In this document: one piece after another, positions 1 to 10,632 of the stretch | Layout of the letters: the number at the start of each line of letters is the position of its first letter | Position numbering within the stretch: the first letter of the stretch is position 1 | Assembly (NCBI GenBank): GCA_001661245.1 | Contig: KV454013.1 | Location: 625,981-651,225 of the forward strand | Direction: 5' to 3' | DNA length: 25,245 bases | Source: Pachysolen tannophilus NRRL Y-2460 | Taxonomy: Eukaryota | The notes under the pieces: model-generated | What the model was told of the DNA's origin: nothing | Databases searched by the model: none | The model's input: only the letters and a program-made list of their open reading frames with translations | Program-made: the position numbers and the translations under genes

Positions 1-1
1 C

Positions 2-142
2 TATCTATTGAGTTGTAGTAAGACTTTTGTGTTAGGTGGCATTAATGAAAGTGATAAATCTGAAGTTGTAGATGGTAATAAGGATATAATCTTTGAAGTT
101 GTTTGCCATTTTTCATCACATAGAATTTCCCCATACATATAA
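2..142 (+). CDS. Possible 3' end of an unidentified gene entering from the left edge (…YLLSCSKTFVLGGINESDKSEVVDGNKDIIFEVVCHFSSHRISPYI*)
   Basis: Frame 2 is open from the window edge to TAA 140-142, with codon usage like the local genes. It is followed by A-rich terminator-like DNA and would be convergent with RHO2. No motif recognised. Confidence 0.35.
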   Translation, partial: YLLSCSKTFVLGGINESDKSEVVDGNKDIIFEVVCHFSSHRISPYI

Positions 143-652
143 ATTTTAGTAAAGATCAAGTTCCATTGAAACTTTAATGATTGTTGAAAGAACAAATGCG
201 AAAACAACCATTATTAGTCAATTATACAATAAATGTAAGTAGAAATAAGATAGATGGTCAAAACAATAATTAAAAATTTTTTTCTCTAAAAAAGAAAAAA
301 AACACCAAAGAAAAGAAAGAAAGAAAGAAAGGAAAAAAAAATTATTAGAGTATGTATATAAAAAAAAAAGACCCAAATAAAATTCAAACGAACGACAGCC
401 GTGAACCTTTTTTCAACCATTTTGTTTTCCAATAAAAATAAAGAATATTTTAGAGTGAGAAATGAAACCTTATTCGTTAGGAATGATTATTCAAATATAC
501 AATAATCATAAATGAAAGATTAATAATATAATAATTAAATAAATTTGTGTTTTAATTTTTTTTTTTTTTCTTTCGTTCGCAAAAAAAAAACAATCTCTTC
601 AATTTTTAGAGCTTTGTATGTTCTTACCCACTCCCAAATCATTAATTTTTTA

Positions 653-1222
653 TTATAATATATTACAACACGAAGAACTAGAGCTGTCAGTATTGAGCAA
701 TAAACTCATTCTAGCGGCATATTCAAAAACATCATCAACACCTTCTCCATTTAAAGAAGAACATTCAATGTACTTCTTTGCCCCAATTTCTCTAGCAACT
801 TGTTCTCCCCTTTTAAACAGTACAGACCTTTTCCCTTCAACTGTTTCATCATCTCTTAAATCTTTTTTCAAGCCGACCAATAAGACCGGTGTGTTGGGAC
901 AATATTTGGAGACTTCATCAATCCATTTTGTTGCAGCATTTTCAATAGAATCCGGCACATCAATGGCAAATCCAATCAATATCACACTTGCATTTGAATA
1001 AGATAACGGTCTTAATCTCTCGTATTCTTCTTGTCCTGCTGTATCCCATAATGCCAATTCCACGCTTTTCCCATCTACCCTGCATCTAGTGACGTAGTTT
1101 TCAAAAACCGTAGGATGATACTCTGTTGGAAACTCTCCTAGCGTGAAAACGTATAACAATGAAGTTTTACCACATGAGCCATCACCAACTATCACAATTT
1201 TTCTTCTTATTGGATCTGACAT
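653..1222 (-). CDS. RHO2: Rho-family small GTPase Rho2
   Basis: IRRKIVIVGDGSCGKTSLLYVFTLGEFPTEYHPTVFENY is typical of Rho2. Also LWDTAGQEEYERLRPLSY, and a C-terminal CCNIL (CaaL box plus a palmitoylatable Cys). Confidence 0.95.
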   Translation of the reverse strand: MSDPIRRKIVIVGDGSCGKTSLLYVFTLGEFPTEYHPTVFENYVTRCRVDGKSVELALWDTAGQEEYERLRPLSYSNASVILIGFAIDVPDSIENAATKWIDEVSKYCPNTPVLLVGLKKDLRDDETVEGKRSVLFKRGEQVAREIGAKKYIECSSLNGEGVDDVFEYAARMSLLLNTDSSSSSCCNIL

Positions 1223-1868
1223 ATAAGAAAATTTAAACTATCTAAAATCTTAATTATTATACCTGCTGCGTATTATACGAAAATGTTTTTCGTCAGGGAA
1301 TCAAATGTTAAAATTAATAATAGTACAATGGATTCAAATCCAAATGTACACAACAAGCCACAGATCAATTATACTGATCCTAGCAAAACGAACAGAACTG
1401 GAAATAGTTTAATAAACAACAGCTCTATTTAAGTTAATAAAAACACTTTTTATGATGGTCAGATGTTGTATTGATAAAATTTTGTTAACTTTTTTGGTAT
1501 GCACGTAAAAAAAAAAAATGATAAAATGAAAAACGTTTTTTTATCTTATAATCTCTATCTATCTTTGGGCTAAATATAAATATAAATATAAATATAGATT
1601 TAAAACAGTGGGTTTTTCTTTTTTAATAATACTCTAAGGTTAAAAGTATGTGAAAAGAAAAAAAGATCTTACTTAAACTATCTTAATAGAACACTATAAA
1701 AATTTACCAAAAAACAGGTTCATAAGAAGAAATAGATCTTATCTCAATTCTTTTTGCCAACAAAAGGAAAAGGAAAAAGAAAACCAAAAAAAAAAAAAAA
1801 AAAAATTACACCTTTAGATAAAACATAAAGAGGGAAAGCTAAGGAGATTAAGCAAGCCATAACTTATT

Positions 1869-3186
1869 TCACCAAATATTATTTTCCTTGACTCCGGAAT
1901 TGCCAAAGCCGTGATTGGTATTTAGAAACAAGTTTCTCTGTGCAGTACTTCCGTTTAATGGATTTGAAGTTGCATGATTAGTTGTAGAAAATGTATTAAA
2001 ACTATTCGTAGCTGATGACATTAACTTCGTATTGCTGTTGACATTGTTAATGTTATTGTAGTTCAAGCCCACTTTAATATGTGATACAGACCCAAAATCA
2101 TCGTAAATAAATTCAAACCAATAATTTTTGTTCAGAGCTGATTTTCTACTTAAAGCTTTTAAAAATGAATTTAGCGACAAATTTGGATAATTTGGAAGAT
2201 AAGATTGTCTTGTAGTGGAAAATAACATTGATGTTGGAATGATATCATTACTATTACCGTTAAATTTGTTCCCACTGGAAATTCTCAGAAAAGCTTGAAT
2301 TGCAGCAAACTGAATAATATCAACGTCATCCTCGGTTACCTGATGCTCTAACGATGAAATATTAGTTTCCGGTAAAGGATTTATCTGAGAAGCAGCAGGT
2401 ACAGAAGGTACAGAAGGCGCAGAAACACCAAAAGAACTTTGTGACACTGAAGGTGCTGGCAGCTTCCATATAGAGTTCACTATCGAAGCAGAACTATTTT
2501 CATTCTGCTGATGCAGATGCTGCTGTAAAGGAACACTAGTGGAATGAGATGGAGCAGTTGAAGTTATCGAGGGATTACTCCAAATGGAATTGTTACGAAT
2601 TTGTCCACCAGCAACAAATCCTCCAACATTTTCATTCTGAGACGATGCTAGAGGTAACACGTCGTTTGTCCAAATATCTTTTTGACCCCATAAACTGCCA
2701 CTATTATTAAATCCACCTAAAAGTAGATTACTGTTAGAAGAAGATCCAACACTGTTATTGGTTGTAGGGAATCCACTTCCAACCACATTAGTTTCGGGTA
2801 TTGAAGTTGTTGTTCCATTATTTATAAACCGACCAAAACTATTCAACGAATTCGTGTCTATAAATGGAGTAAAAGAAGACAGATTACTGTTATTAGCAGC
2901 CGGGTTCACATTATTGTATAACGGGAATTGCGAATTTAAATTATTACCATTTGCCGTAGTGTTATTTAATGCAATGTCATTCAATGCATTCGGCGGAGAA
3001 CTCCAAGTACTGCTACTAGTATTATTTGTATTTTGAACAATATTTTGTTGAGGACTATTAATATTCGATATCAGTAAGTTCATCAAACCAGGAGGAGGAG
3101 GTGGCGGTGTTGTAAAAGTTTGATGAGACAGTGGGTTTAACTGTTGTTGCTTACTGCTTTCATCGTATAGTATTTGCTGCTGCTGC

Positions 3187-3217
<31 letters not shown>

Positions 3218-5768
3218 GCGGAATCAGAGACAGTAATGAAGTTGAAGATGACAAATTCATCTGTGAGTTCGTGGACATTAATGGAATGCCAGAAAGAGAA
3301 GGCGAAACATTACTAATTTCCTGTTTGTACAAATTTTCTAACAAAGAGTTTGATGACTGTGGATCCAGCAATAAAACATTTTTCATTTCTTGGGCTGAAT
3401 CTAACTTCTGATCTTGTTGTTCTTGTTGCTCTTCTTGATCACGCAGTTTCTTCAATTCTAATTTTCTTTGTATTTCAACTTCTTCTTCTTTTTCTTTCTG
3501 CTCTTTCTGTAATGCTGCCTTCTTACTCTCTTCCTCTTTCTTCTTCTTCTTTTCTTCTCTCTTTAAGCGTTCTTTTTCTTCTTTTGATCTTCTGAGTCTT
3601 TCTAATTCAGCATTTTTCTTTTTTTGTTCTTCTAATTTCTTTTTCCTTTCTTCTTCTCTCTTTTTTCTTTGTTCCTTGGCTTTCTTCTCTTTTTCTTCCT
3701 GTAATTTCCGTTCAAGCTCTGCTTTTTCAATTTCTTTTCTTTTCCGCTCTTCTTCTTTTGCCAATTGTTGAAGTCTTTTTTTCTCCTTAGCCTTTTCCTT
3801 TTGTCTTTGTTTCTTCTCTTCTTTTTCTCTTTTCCTTTCTTCTTCAGCTTCTAATTCATTAAGTAAAGTTTGCGTCCTTTCTTCCGCTACTTTTTCACGA
3901 TATTTTTTCAAAAGACGTTCGTGAAACATTCTTGTTGTGAAGATTTGAATCATTTTACGAGCTTCTTCAAGTCTTTTTTCTTCATCGATGTAGTCCTCTT
4001 CATCTTCATCGTCAAGTTCATCTTCATCGTCTTCATCTAATTCATCATCTTCACCTAACTCATCATCCTCCAACTCATCTATATCTTCTTTATCGTTGTA
4101 GCTCTCTTCAAAAATTTCATTATTTCTTTTCTTATAATCAAAAACATTTTCTGTCAGTGCAGGTAGAGAAGATGATGCTGGTGGATGATGTAGATCAAAT
4201 TCATCATTGATACTCAAGTTTTTAATATCTTGTAATTCTTCAATCTTTGGATGATCTTGTTGCTGTTGTTGAAAGCCATCATTATTCATTCTATTTTCAG
4301 CTAATTTTTCCATCATATCTATAAAACGTTTCCCATCATTTTTCAATAAATCCTCCGCTACTGACATTACGCCATTATTTTCTTCGCCAGGGGAGATACC
4401 GTTTCCAGAGTTTGTAGCCAAATTGAAAATTGAATTCATGAATTCTTTGTTGTCTATAGGAGAGCGGTTGTCAATATTTTTGTTGCTTTCATTATTGTCG
4501 TTATCATTTTTGGTAATCTTGTGGTTGAGTTCTTGATGAAAATCTTCATTATCATGATGCTCACCGTTATGCAAATGCGAATGTGTATGCTGATGTTGGG
4601 ATGGAGCGGCACCACTTGCGTCAGTAAATTCTTGAGTAAAGTCACTCGAATGCTCATGATGCGAGTCGTTATTCCCAGTAAGATGAGAGTGTGCGTGTTG
4701 GGGTTGATAATGTTGACAATGCTCTGCATGTTCTTCTTCATTATCATCGTAGCTTTCTTCTTCTTCGTCATCATCTTCATATTCATCTTCTTCGTATGAA
4801 TCTTCATGCTGATACAGTTGTTGTTGATGCTGTGGTTGCAGTTGCTTGCGGCCATGACGGTAACTGCTATGGTGATGGTGATGGTGGTGGTCATGATCAT
4901 GATCATGATCATGGTTATGGTTATGGTTATGGTTACACTCATCATAATCACCTTCATCTTCTTCAAACTCGTCTAAATTCAATTGGAATGACTCTTGGAA
5001 ATCAGTTTGTTGTAATTGAGCATAATAACTATCATATAAATTTTCCAACTCTTTTTCGATGGCATTTTTTTTTCTTCCACATACAGTACAATTACATACA
5101 ATTTTCTGTTGTTCTTTAATAGCTTTCAAGATAGTATCTTTCTCTATATTCACCAATTGTTTCTTTTCTCCGTTTGGTAGATTTATCCAAAAATTTTGGA
5201 GTTTTTCCTGTTCTTCGAGATTATTGGACTCCCAAATATTCTCATCGTTAGTAGCCGAGTGACGTTTCTGCCGCTGTTGCTGTTGTTGTTGTTGTTGTTG
5301 TTGTTGCTGCTGCTGTTGATGCTGTTGATGCTGTTGTTGTTGATGTTGATGTTGCTGTGACAGTTGCAGTGACGGCGGTAGAGTCTGTTTCTTTTTCTTC
5401 TTTGCATCCATCCCAGTAACAACAACTCCTCCATCTGGACCACCTGTAATGACTCTAGAAGTTGGGTACTCAGAATTCGAATCGTTAAGTTGAACTTGCA
5501 GTTGCCTAGTATTAACACCATCACCACCATTCAACGAGCCCTTCTTCTTCTTCTTCTTCTTTTTCTTATTACCCACAACACTGGGTCTCTCTATACTTGC
5601 TCCAGTTCCTCCATTTGCTCCATTTGCTCTGTTTCCTCTGGTTCCGTCACCAACATGGTTTTCGTAATCAAAATGAACATCATTACCAGCTATAAATGAG
5701 GAAGAAGCCGAAGCTGAGCTTCCAGGCGTATGATTTATGTCTATTGACTTCTGGAATTTCGCCATCAT
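1869..5768 (-). CDS. NST1: Stress-response / P-body-associated protein Nst1
   Basis: Conserved Nst1 blocks IWE…EQEKLQNFW…LVNIEKDTIL…CNCTVCGRKK, SVAEDLLKNDGKRFIDMMEKLAE and RLEEARKMIQI…YREKVAEER, followed by a long K/E coiled coil. First ATG is at 5768 (the track starts at GTG 5771). Adjacent to RHO2, as in S. cerevisiae. Confidence 0.92.
3175..3218 (-). repeat. CAA/CAG trinucleotide repeat encoding polyQ in NST1
   Basis: (tgc/tgt)n run on the + strand; polyQ in the translation. Confidence 0.9.
4870..4935 (-). repeat. Hexamer/trimer repeats encoding the HNHNHNHDHDHDHDHHHHHHH tract in NST1
   Basis: (ggt/gat), (catgat)n and (atggtt)n arrays on the + strand. Confidence 0.85.
5275..5357 (-). repeat. 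CAA/CAG/CAT repeat encoding a Q/H-rich tract in NST1
   Basis: (tgt/tgc/tga)n run on the + strand. Confidence 0.9.
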
Positions 5769-5875
5769 CACTTTCCCCAGAAACTGCTTTTAAAACCCAC
5801 TTCCTAATAATCAAAGTAATAAATCAAAACAAAATTGAAATTAGTCAACTAATAATATTATTTAATAAAATTATA

Positions 5876-5931
5876 TCATATATATATATATATATTTATA
5901 TATTATTATATATTATAGATATATTATAGAT
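5876..5931. repeat. Degenerate (TA)n microsatellite upstream of NST1
   Basis: atcatatatatatatatatttatatattattatatattatagatatattatagat. Confidence 0.8.
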
Positions 5932-6559
5932 ATTGTTATGTTCTTTTCAACGTTTTTTCTTTATTTAAAGAAAAAAACCCGTAAAAATTGAAGAATTTTT
6001 TAAAAACACAAAAAGGCTGTTGAACAGAACAAAGAATAACTTTCATTAGACCAAAGGCGGTTTGGATAAAGGAAGCTATAGTTTCTCAATAAGTTACTAT
6101 ATGGAAGGTATGGGTTCTTGGCTTTGTAATTGATGGGTTAAGTTTCATTTTACAGTATATGATTTGTAAATATGGTATAAACTAGTAGTAGTGGATGAGT
6201 GTTGTGGTATTAAAGGTGGTGATGATGATAATAGAAAAAATATCAATGTCAATGTCATTGTCATTGAAATTGATGGCTTTTTTTTTTGCAGATGTAAGTT
6301 GGCTACTTATAGCCCACCCACCCATCTGTTACCTTATCAATCGATATCACTACTTGCTAGTGTGTAGCAAGGGTTTTGGTGATTGGCGTTCTTGTTCCTT
6401 TTTTTATTGCTTAAAAAGTATAAAAAAAAACAAGTCTTAAAAAAAATGCAGGCACATTTGATTTTGTAAGACGTAATCTGTTTTAATCACCCATTCAGTT
6501 ATTGTATATCAATCTACAAGTTGGTCTCATATCTGCTCCATTCAATTATTTATAAGTAT

Positions 6560-6586
6560 AAATAAATAAATAAATAAATAAATAAA
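6560..6586. repeat. (TAAA)n microsatellite upstream of YVC1
   Basis: aaataaataaataaataaataaataaa. Confidence 0.8.
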
Positions 6587-6696
6587 TATAGAATATTTTA
6601 CCATATTCTTTTTATTTGTTTTTTTTGTCTTTTTGGCTTTACTATTATTATAATTGTTGTTGTTGTTAATGATTATAGGAATTTTTTTCAACTAAG

Positions 6697-8685
6697 ATGA
6701 GTTTAGATAGAGTTGATGACTTTGTTGAGCCACCAAGAGATAAACATGATTTTGATTTAGAATATTTGGCGCCTAACCCACGTCAGATCTTAAGAATTTC
6801 AATGAATCTTAAGTACTTGATTGATAAAATTATACCTATAGAATATCCTATTTCTGAAATTCTTGCTCCTAAATCAAGAATTTTGAATGGGAAAGTTATA
6901 AGACAAACTTATGAAGCTGCCGGTGGTGTTGGCAATGGAAAACATGGAACATCTTCTCAAAAATATAGAGCCGCATTAGTTTTTTGTTTGTTGAAAACTT
7001 GTGAATGGTATTGGGAATTAAGAACTAATGAATTAAGCGATTACGAATTATATACAGCAAGAGCATTTGCTGCACAACAATTGGCTAAGATAATCATTGA
7101 AAATGAAAGGGATGAAAGATATTTGTTTATATCAATGTTATGCCAACGTTACTCGATCAATTCTAATAACAAAGATTTACCACCAAAGAATGCTTTAGAA
7201 GCAGCTGTTGATATGCATAGTACTATAGTTATAAGTTCATCTGGTTATCAAAGATGTATAAAATGGTTATGGAGAGGTTATATAATTCAATCTTCTTCAC
7301 ATCCTTCTAAATATATCATGTATAATGCATCAGGAAATGCAAATTTTAGTGTACATTTTAATCCAGATAGAATCAAGACACCATTTTATCAAAATACTTT
7401 AGAAATCATTTTTTCATTGATTTATTTATTTTTATACACAATTATAATCAATATTGATACTGAAAATCGAATCTTAAATTTTTTTGAAGTTTCTTTTTAT
7501 ATATTAACTTTTGGTTACGTTTTTGATGAAATTGGGAAACTTTATTTGGTTGGTAAGAATTATGCAACTTTTTGGAATGTTTTCAATGATATAATGTATC
7601 TGATAGTTATAGCTTCGATAGTTTTAAGAATCATAGCATTGACCACCGATAAGAATTCAACTTCAATTCATTATGATCAAATCTCTTTTAGAATTTTATC
7701 AATGCTGGCACCTTTTGTATGGTCAAGATTATTGTTATACCTTGATACACAACAATTCATTGGTGCAATGTTGGTAGTTATTAAACATATGATGAAAGAA
7801 AGTGCAATATTCTTTTTCTTGTTATTATTCGTATTAGTTGGATTCTTGCAAGGATTTTTGGGTCTAGATCAGGCAGATGGTAAAAGAGATGCTACAAGTT
7901 TAATCTTTTCAGTATTATTTAGAACTGTTATTGGAGGTCCTAATTTTAATGCATTTGGTGAATTTGCATTCCCATATACAGATATACTTTATTATTTTTT
8001 CAGTTTTATGGTACTTGTCGTTTTATTGAATGTCTTAGTTGCTTTATATTCAACAGCATATTCAAATGTTGTTAGTAATGCCACTGATGAATATTTGGCA
8101 CTTGTTGCTCAAAAGACTTTGCGTTATATTCGATCCCCTGATGAAAACGTTTATGTGCCACCTTTAAATTTGATTGAAATATTATTTGTTCAACTTCCTT
8201 TCCAATGTTGGATGAAACGTTCTGATTTCAGAAATTTAAATAGAATTGTTATGACTATACTTTATTCTCCATTTTTATTTTTTTCAGCTTTACAGGAATT
8301 GAAAGATGCAAGAAGAATTCGGTATAACAGACTGAAAAATTATGCAGATGATGCAAATGAAATTGATACTCCTTGGTCTCTAACTGATGGGTTTGAAGAG
8401 ACAGAGGGCTCAGATCTGGATATCCAAAGTCATGATGATAGAATAAACGAAGAATTAAGGGTCCAGAAGAATGCTGAAATAGAAGATCCAGAATTTCAAC
8501 CAAATAGAAACAAATGGATTAGAGAAGTTAGAAAATTATCTCAACCAGTTGCTAAAGGGTTCGAGACTGGTATTGGATGGGAGTGCTACGATATTTACCG
8601 TAAAGTAGATGAATTGACTGAATTAGTCAAGATTGTGGTAAAGGAGAACCAAGATTTGAAAAAGAAGAAAGTACTGGCTACTTAG
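6697..8685 (+). CDS. YVC1: Vacuolar TRP cation channel Yvc1/TRPY1
   Basis: Motifs NLKYLIDK, AVDMHSTIVISSSGYQRC, APFVWSRLLLYL, KHMMKES.FFFLL, LRYIRSPDENVYVPPLNLIE and DDANEIDTPW; multiple transmembrane helices. Confidence 0.95.
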   Translation: MSLDRVDDFVEPPRDKHDFDLEYLAPNPRQILRISMNLKYLIDKIIPIEYPISEILAPKSRILNGKVIRQTYEAAGGVGNGKHGTSSQKYRAALVFCLLKTCEWYWELRTNELSDYELYTARAFAAQQLAKIIIENERDERYLFISMLCQRYSINSNNKDLPPKNALEAAVDMHSTIVISSSGYQRCIKWLWRGYIIQSSSHPSKYIMYNASGNANFSVHFNPDRIKTPFYQNTLEIIFSLIYLFLYTIIINIDTENRILNFFEVSFYILTFGYVFDEIGKLYLVGKNYATFWNVFNDIMYLIVIASIVLRIIALTTDKNSTSIHYDQISFRILSMLAPFVWSRLLLYLDTQQFIGAMLVVIKHMMKESAIFFFLLLFVLVGFLQGFLGLDQADGKRDATSLIFSVLFRTVIGGPNFNAFGEFAFPYTDILYYFFSFMVLVVLLNVLVALYSTAYSNVVSNATDEYLALVAQKTLRYIRSPDENVYVPPLNLIEILFVQLPFQCWMKRSDFRNLNRIVMTILYSPFLFFSALQELKDARRIRYNRLKNYADDANEIDTPWSLTDGFEETEGSDLDIQSHDDRINEELRVQKNAEIEDPEFQPNRNKWIREVRKLSQPVAKGFETGIGWECYDIYRKVDELTELVKIVVKENQDLKKKKVLAT

Positions 8686-9048
8686 ATCTTTTTCGTTATC
8701 ATTACATAGATACACTATTCAGTTCTTTTTAAGAGAAAGAGAAACCTTTTCCTTAATTATATATTTTCTTCTAGTGACTGTGACTTTTTTTTTTCTTTTG
8801 CGTTTTATGTTGGAGACTTCAGTTACGAGATAAACTGTCATTTAGAGTAAACTCCATTTTATAGGAGCTGTGTTTGTTTTAACAATACTTTTGAAATTAA
8901 GTAAAAAACTATGTAAACTTCGTGTATATATTGTACGCCGCATTCTGTACAGTTTTCTGCTTAAGTGAAAACTCCGTTCTCATATTGATATCTATCAAAT
9001 TATTTATTCGAAATACTTTTTCTTTTTGTTGGCATTATTTTGGTTTCA

Positions 9049-10317
9049 ATGCTGCAACAAACTGCTGATGATATAGAAGAATATAATGCATTGACATCAG
9101 TGTTGTAAGTTTTATACATAGGAGAAGGTTTAATTAACAATTGAAAACCCACTAACTTTTTATTAATTAGATCATCTTTCTATGAGTATGGGAACTGGGC
9201 AAGACGTACATTTTTAATTCCAAGAAGGCTTAAATGGGAATCTTTATCAAGGGAAGAGCACGAATTATTACCGTGGTTTGAAGATCATTTAAATTATTTG
9301 GAAAATTGTATTTTACAAAACGAAATATTTACCAAGAATCTAGCTACAACTATTGCTGGCAATTGGCAAGTTTCTACTGATCCAACCAGTTGGCATAATT
9401 GTAAGGTGAGTGATTTAGATAAAGTGAAATCTGTTTTAAACCAATTTGTGAGAGAATGGTCTGAAGAAGGAATTGAAGAAAGAGATGTTAGTTTTAATAA
9501 AATTTTAAAAGAGTGTGTACTGCTTTATCCTGATTTACAACAGAGACCAAATTTAAAAGTATTAGTTCCAGGTGCTGGGTTAGGAAGGTTAGTTTTTGAG
9601 TTTGTTAAATTGGGATTTCAAACTCAAGGGAACGAATTTTCATATCATATGCTTCTAGCATCGAATTTTATATTGAATCATTCGTATGTTGCACATCATC
9701 ATAACATATATCCACATATTCATAAATTTTCGAATCATGCCAAGCGGATCAATCAGATAAGACCAGTTTCTATACCAGATAGTGATCCGCATGATATTAA
9801 TAGAATGTCTAATGAAGGCAGTGGAATTCAATATGATGAATTAATGTCCATGTGTGCTGGATCTTTTATTGATCTATATGGACCATCTAATTTAAATATT
9901 TCTGAAACTTATTCAGGTGATAAGTCGGCACTGGATTTTAGGAAATTAAATGAAAATAATTTTCAAATAATTGCTACATGTTTTTTTCTTGATACAGCGA
10001 CTAATATCATTGATTATTTGAAAACAATTCATCACTCTTTAGACCCTCAAGGATATTGGATCAATTTTGGTCCCTTTTTATGGCATTTTGAAGATGATGA
10101 TTCTATAACCAATGAAGTAAACAAGGATAATCAAATGAAACCTACACCATTAAAAGGATTAGAATTGACAAGAGAAGACTTGATTGAATTGGTGAAGAAA
10201 TGTGGATTCAAGTTTTTAAAATATGAAAATAATATAGAAACAACTTATGCAAGTTCAAAAGATTCTTTAGGAGGGTATAGATATGAATGCGATTATTGGC
10301 TATGTCAGAAAGTATGA
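9049..10317 (+). CDS. Carnosine N-methyltransferase (N2227/CARNMT1; YNL092W ortholog), join(9049..9104,9171..10317), 400 aa
   Basis: Motifs QFVREWSEEG, VLVPGAGLGRL, QGNEFSYHM, TCFFLDTA and WINFGPFLWH. Splicing out 9105-9170 restores the N-terminus M-CTG-QQTADDIEEYNALTSVLSSFYEY… in frame with the track ORF, which otherwise starts at TTG. Confidence 0.9.
9105..9170 (+). other. Spliceosomal intron, 66 nt, phase 2
   Basis: GTAAGT 9105-9110, branch site CACTAAC 9150-9156, TAG 9168-9170. Removal gives TT+A = Leu and a continuous ORF. Confidence 0.9.
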
Positions 10318-10632
10318 CAAGGGAGAAAGAACGTTAGTTTGATTATATTATATAATTATAGTAATTAACACTATATAACAGTTTAATTGAAACTGAATAT
10401 ATTAGCAAAGAAAGTATGAAAGAAAGAAAGAAGAAAAGAAAAAAAGAAAAGAAAAAAAGAAAAGAAAAAAAGAAAACCACAAACTAACAACCCAGTCAGT
10501 CACTGACAAAAAAAAAAACAGGAAAGAAACAATGTATATGAAAAAAAAAAAAAAAAAAAATAATAGTAATAAAAAAAATATTAATAAAGATAATATCCCG
10601 CTTAATTAATATAGATCCTTCTCTTTTAAAAT

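Noticed and set aside
1..207. 68-aa minus-strand ORF in the track
   Set aside because: Starts at TTG, has no recognisable motif, and is probably the antisense shadow of the + frame 2 reading.
618..1001. 127-aa + strand ORF
   Set aside because: Antisense shadow of RHO2.
2758..5929. Multiple overlapping short ORFs within or next to NST1
   Set aside because: Alternative-frame and antisense products of low-complexity trinucleotide repeats that lack stop codons.
6195..6440. 81-aa + strand ORF between NST1 and YVC1
   Set aside because: Runs through simple repeats and T/A homopolymers, with no protein-like features or recognisable family.
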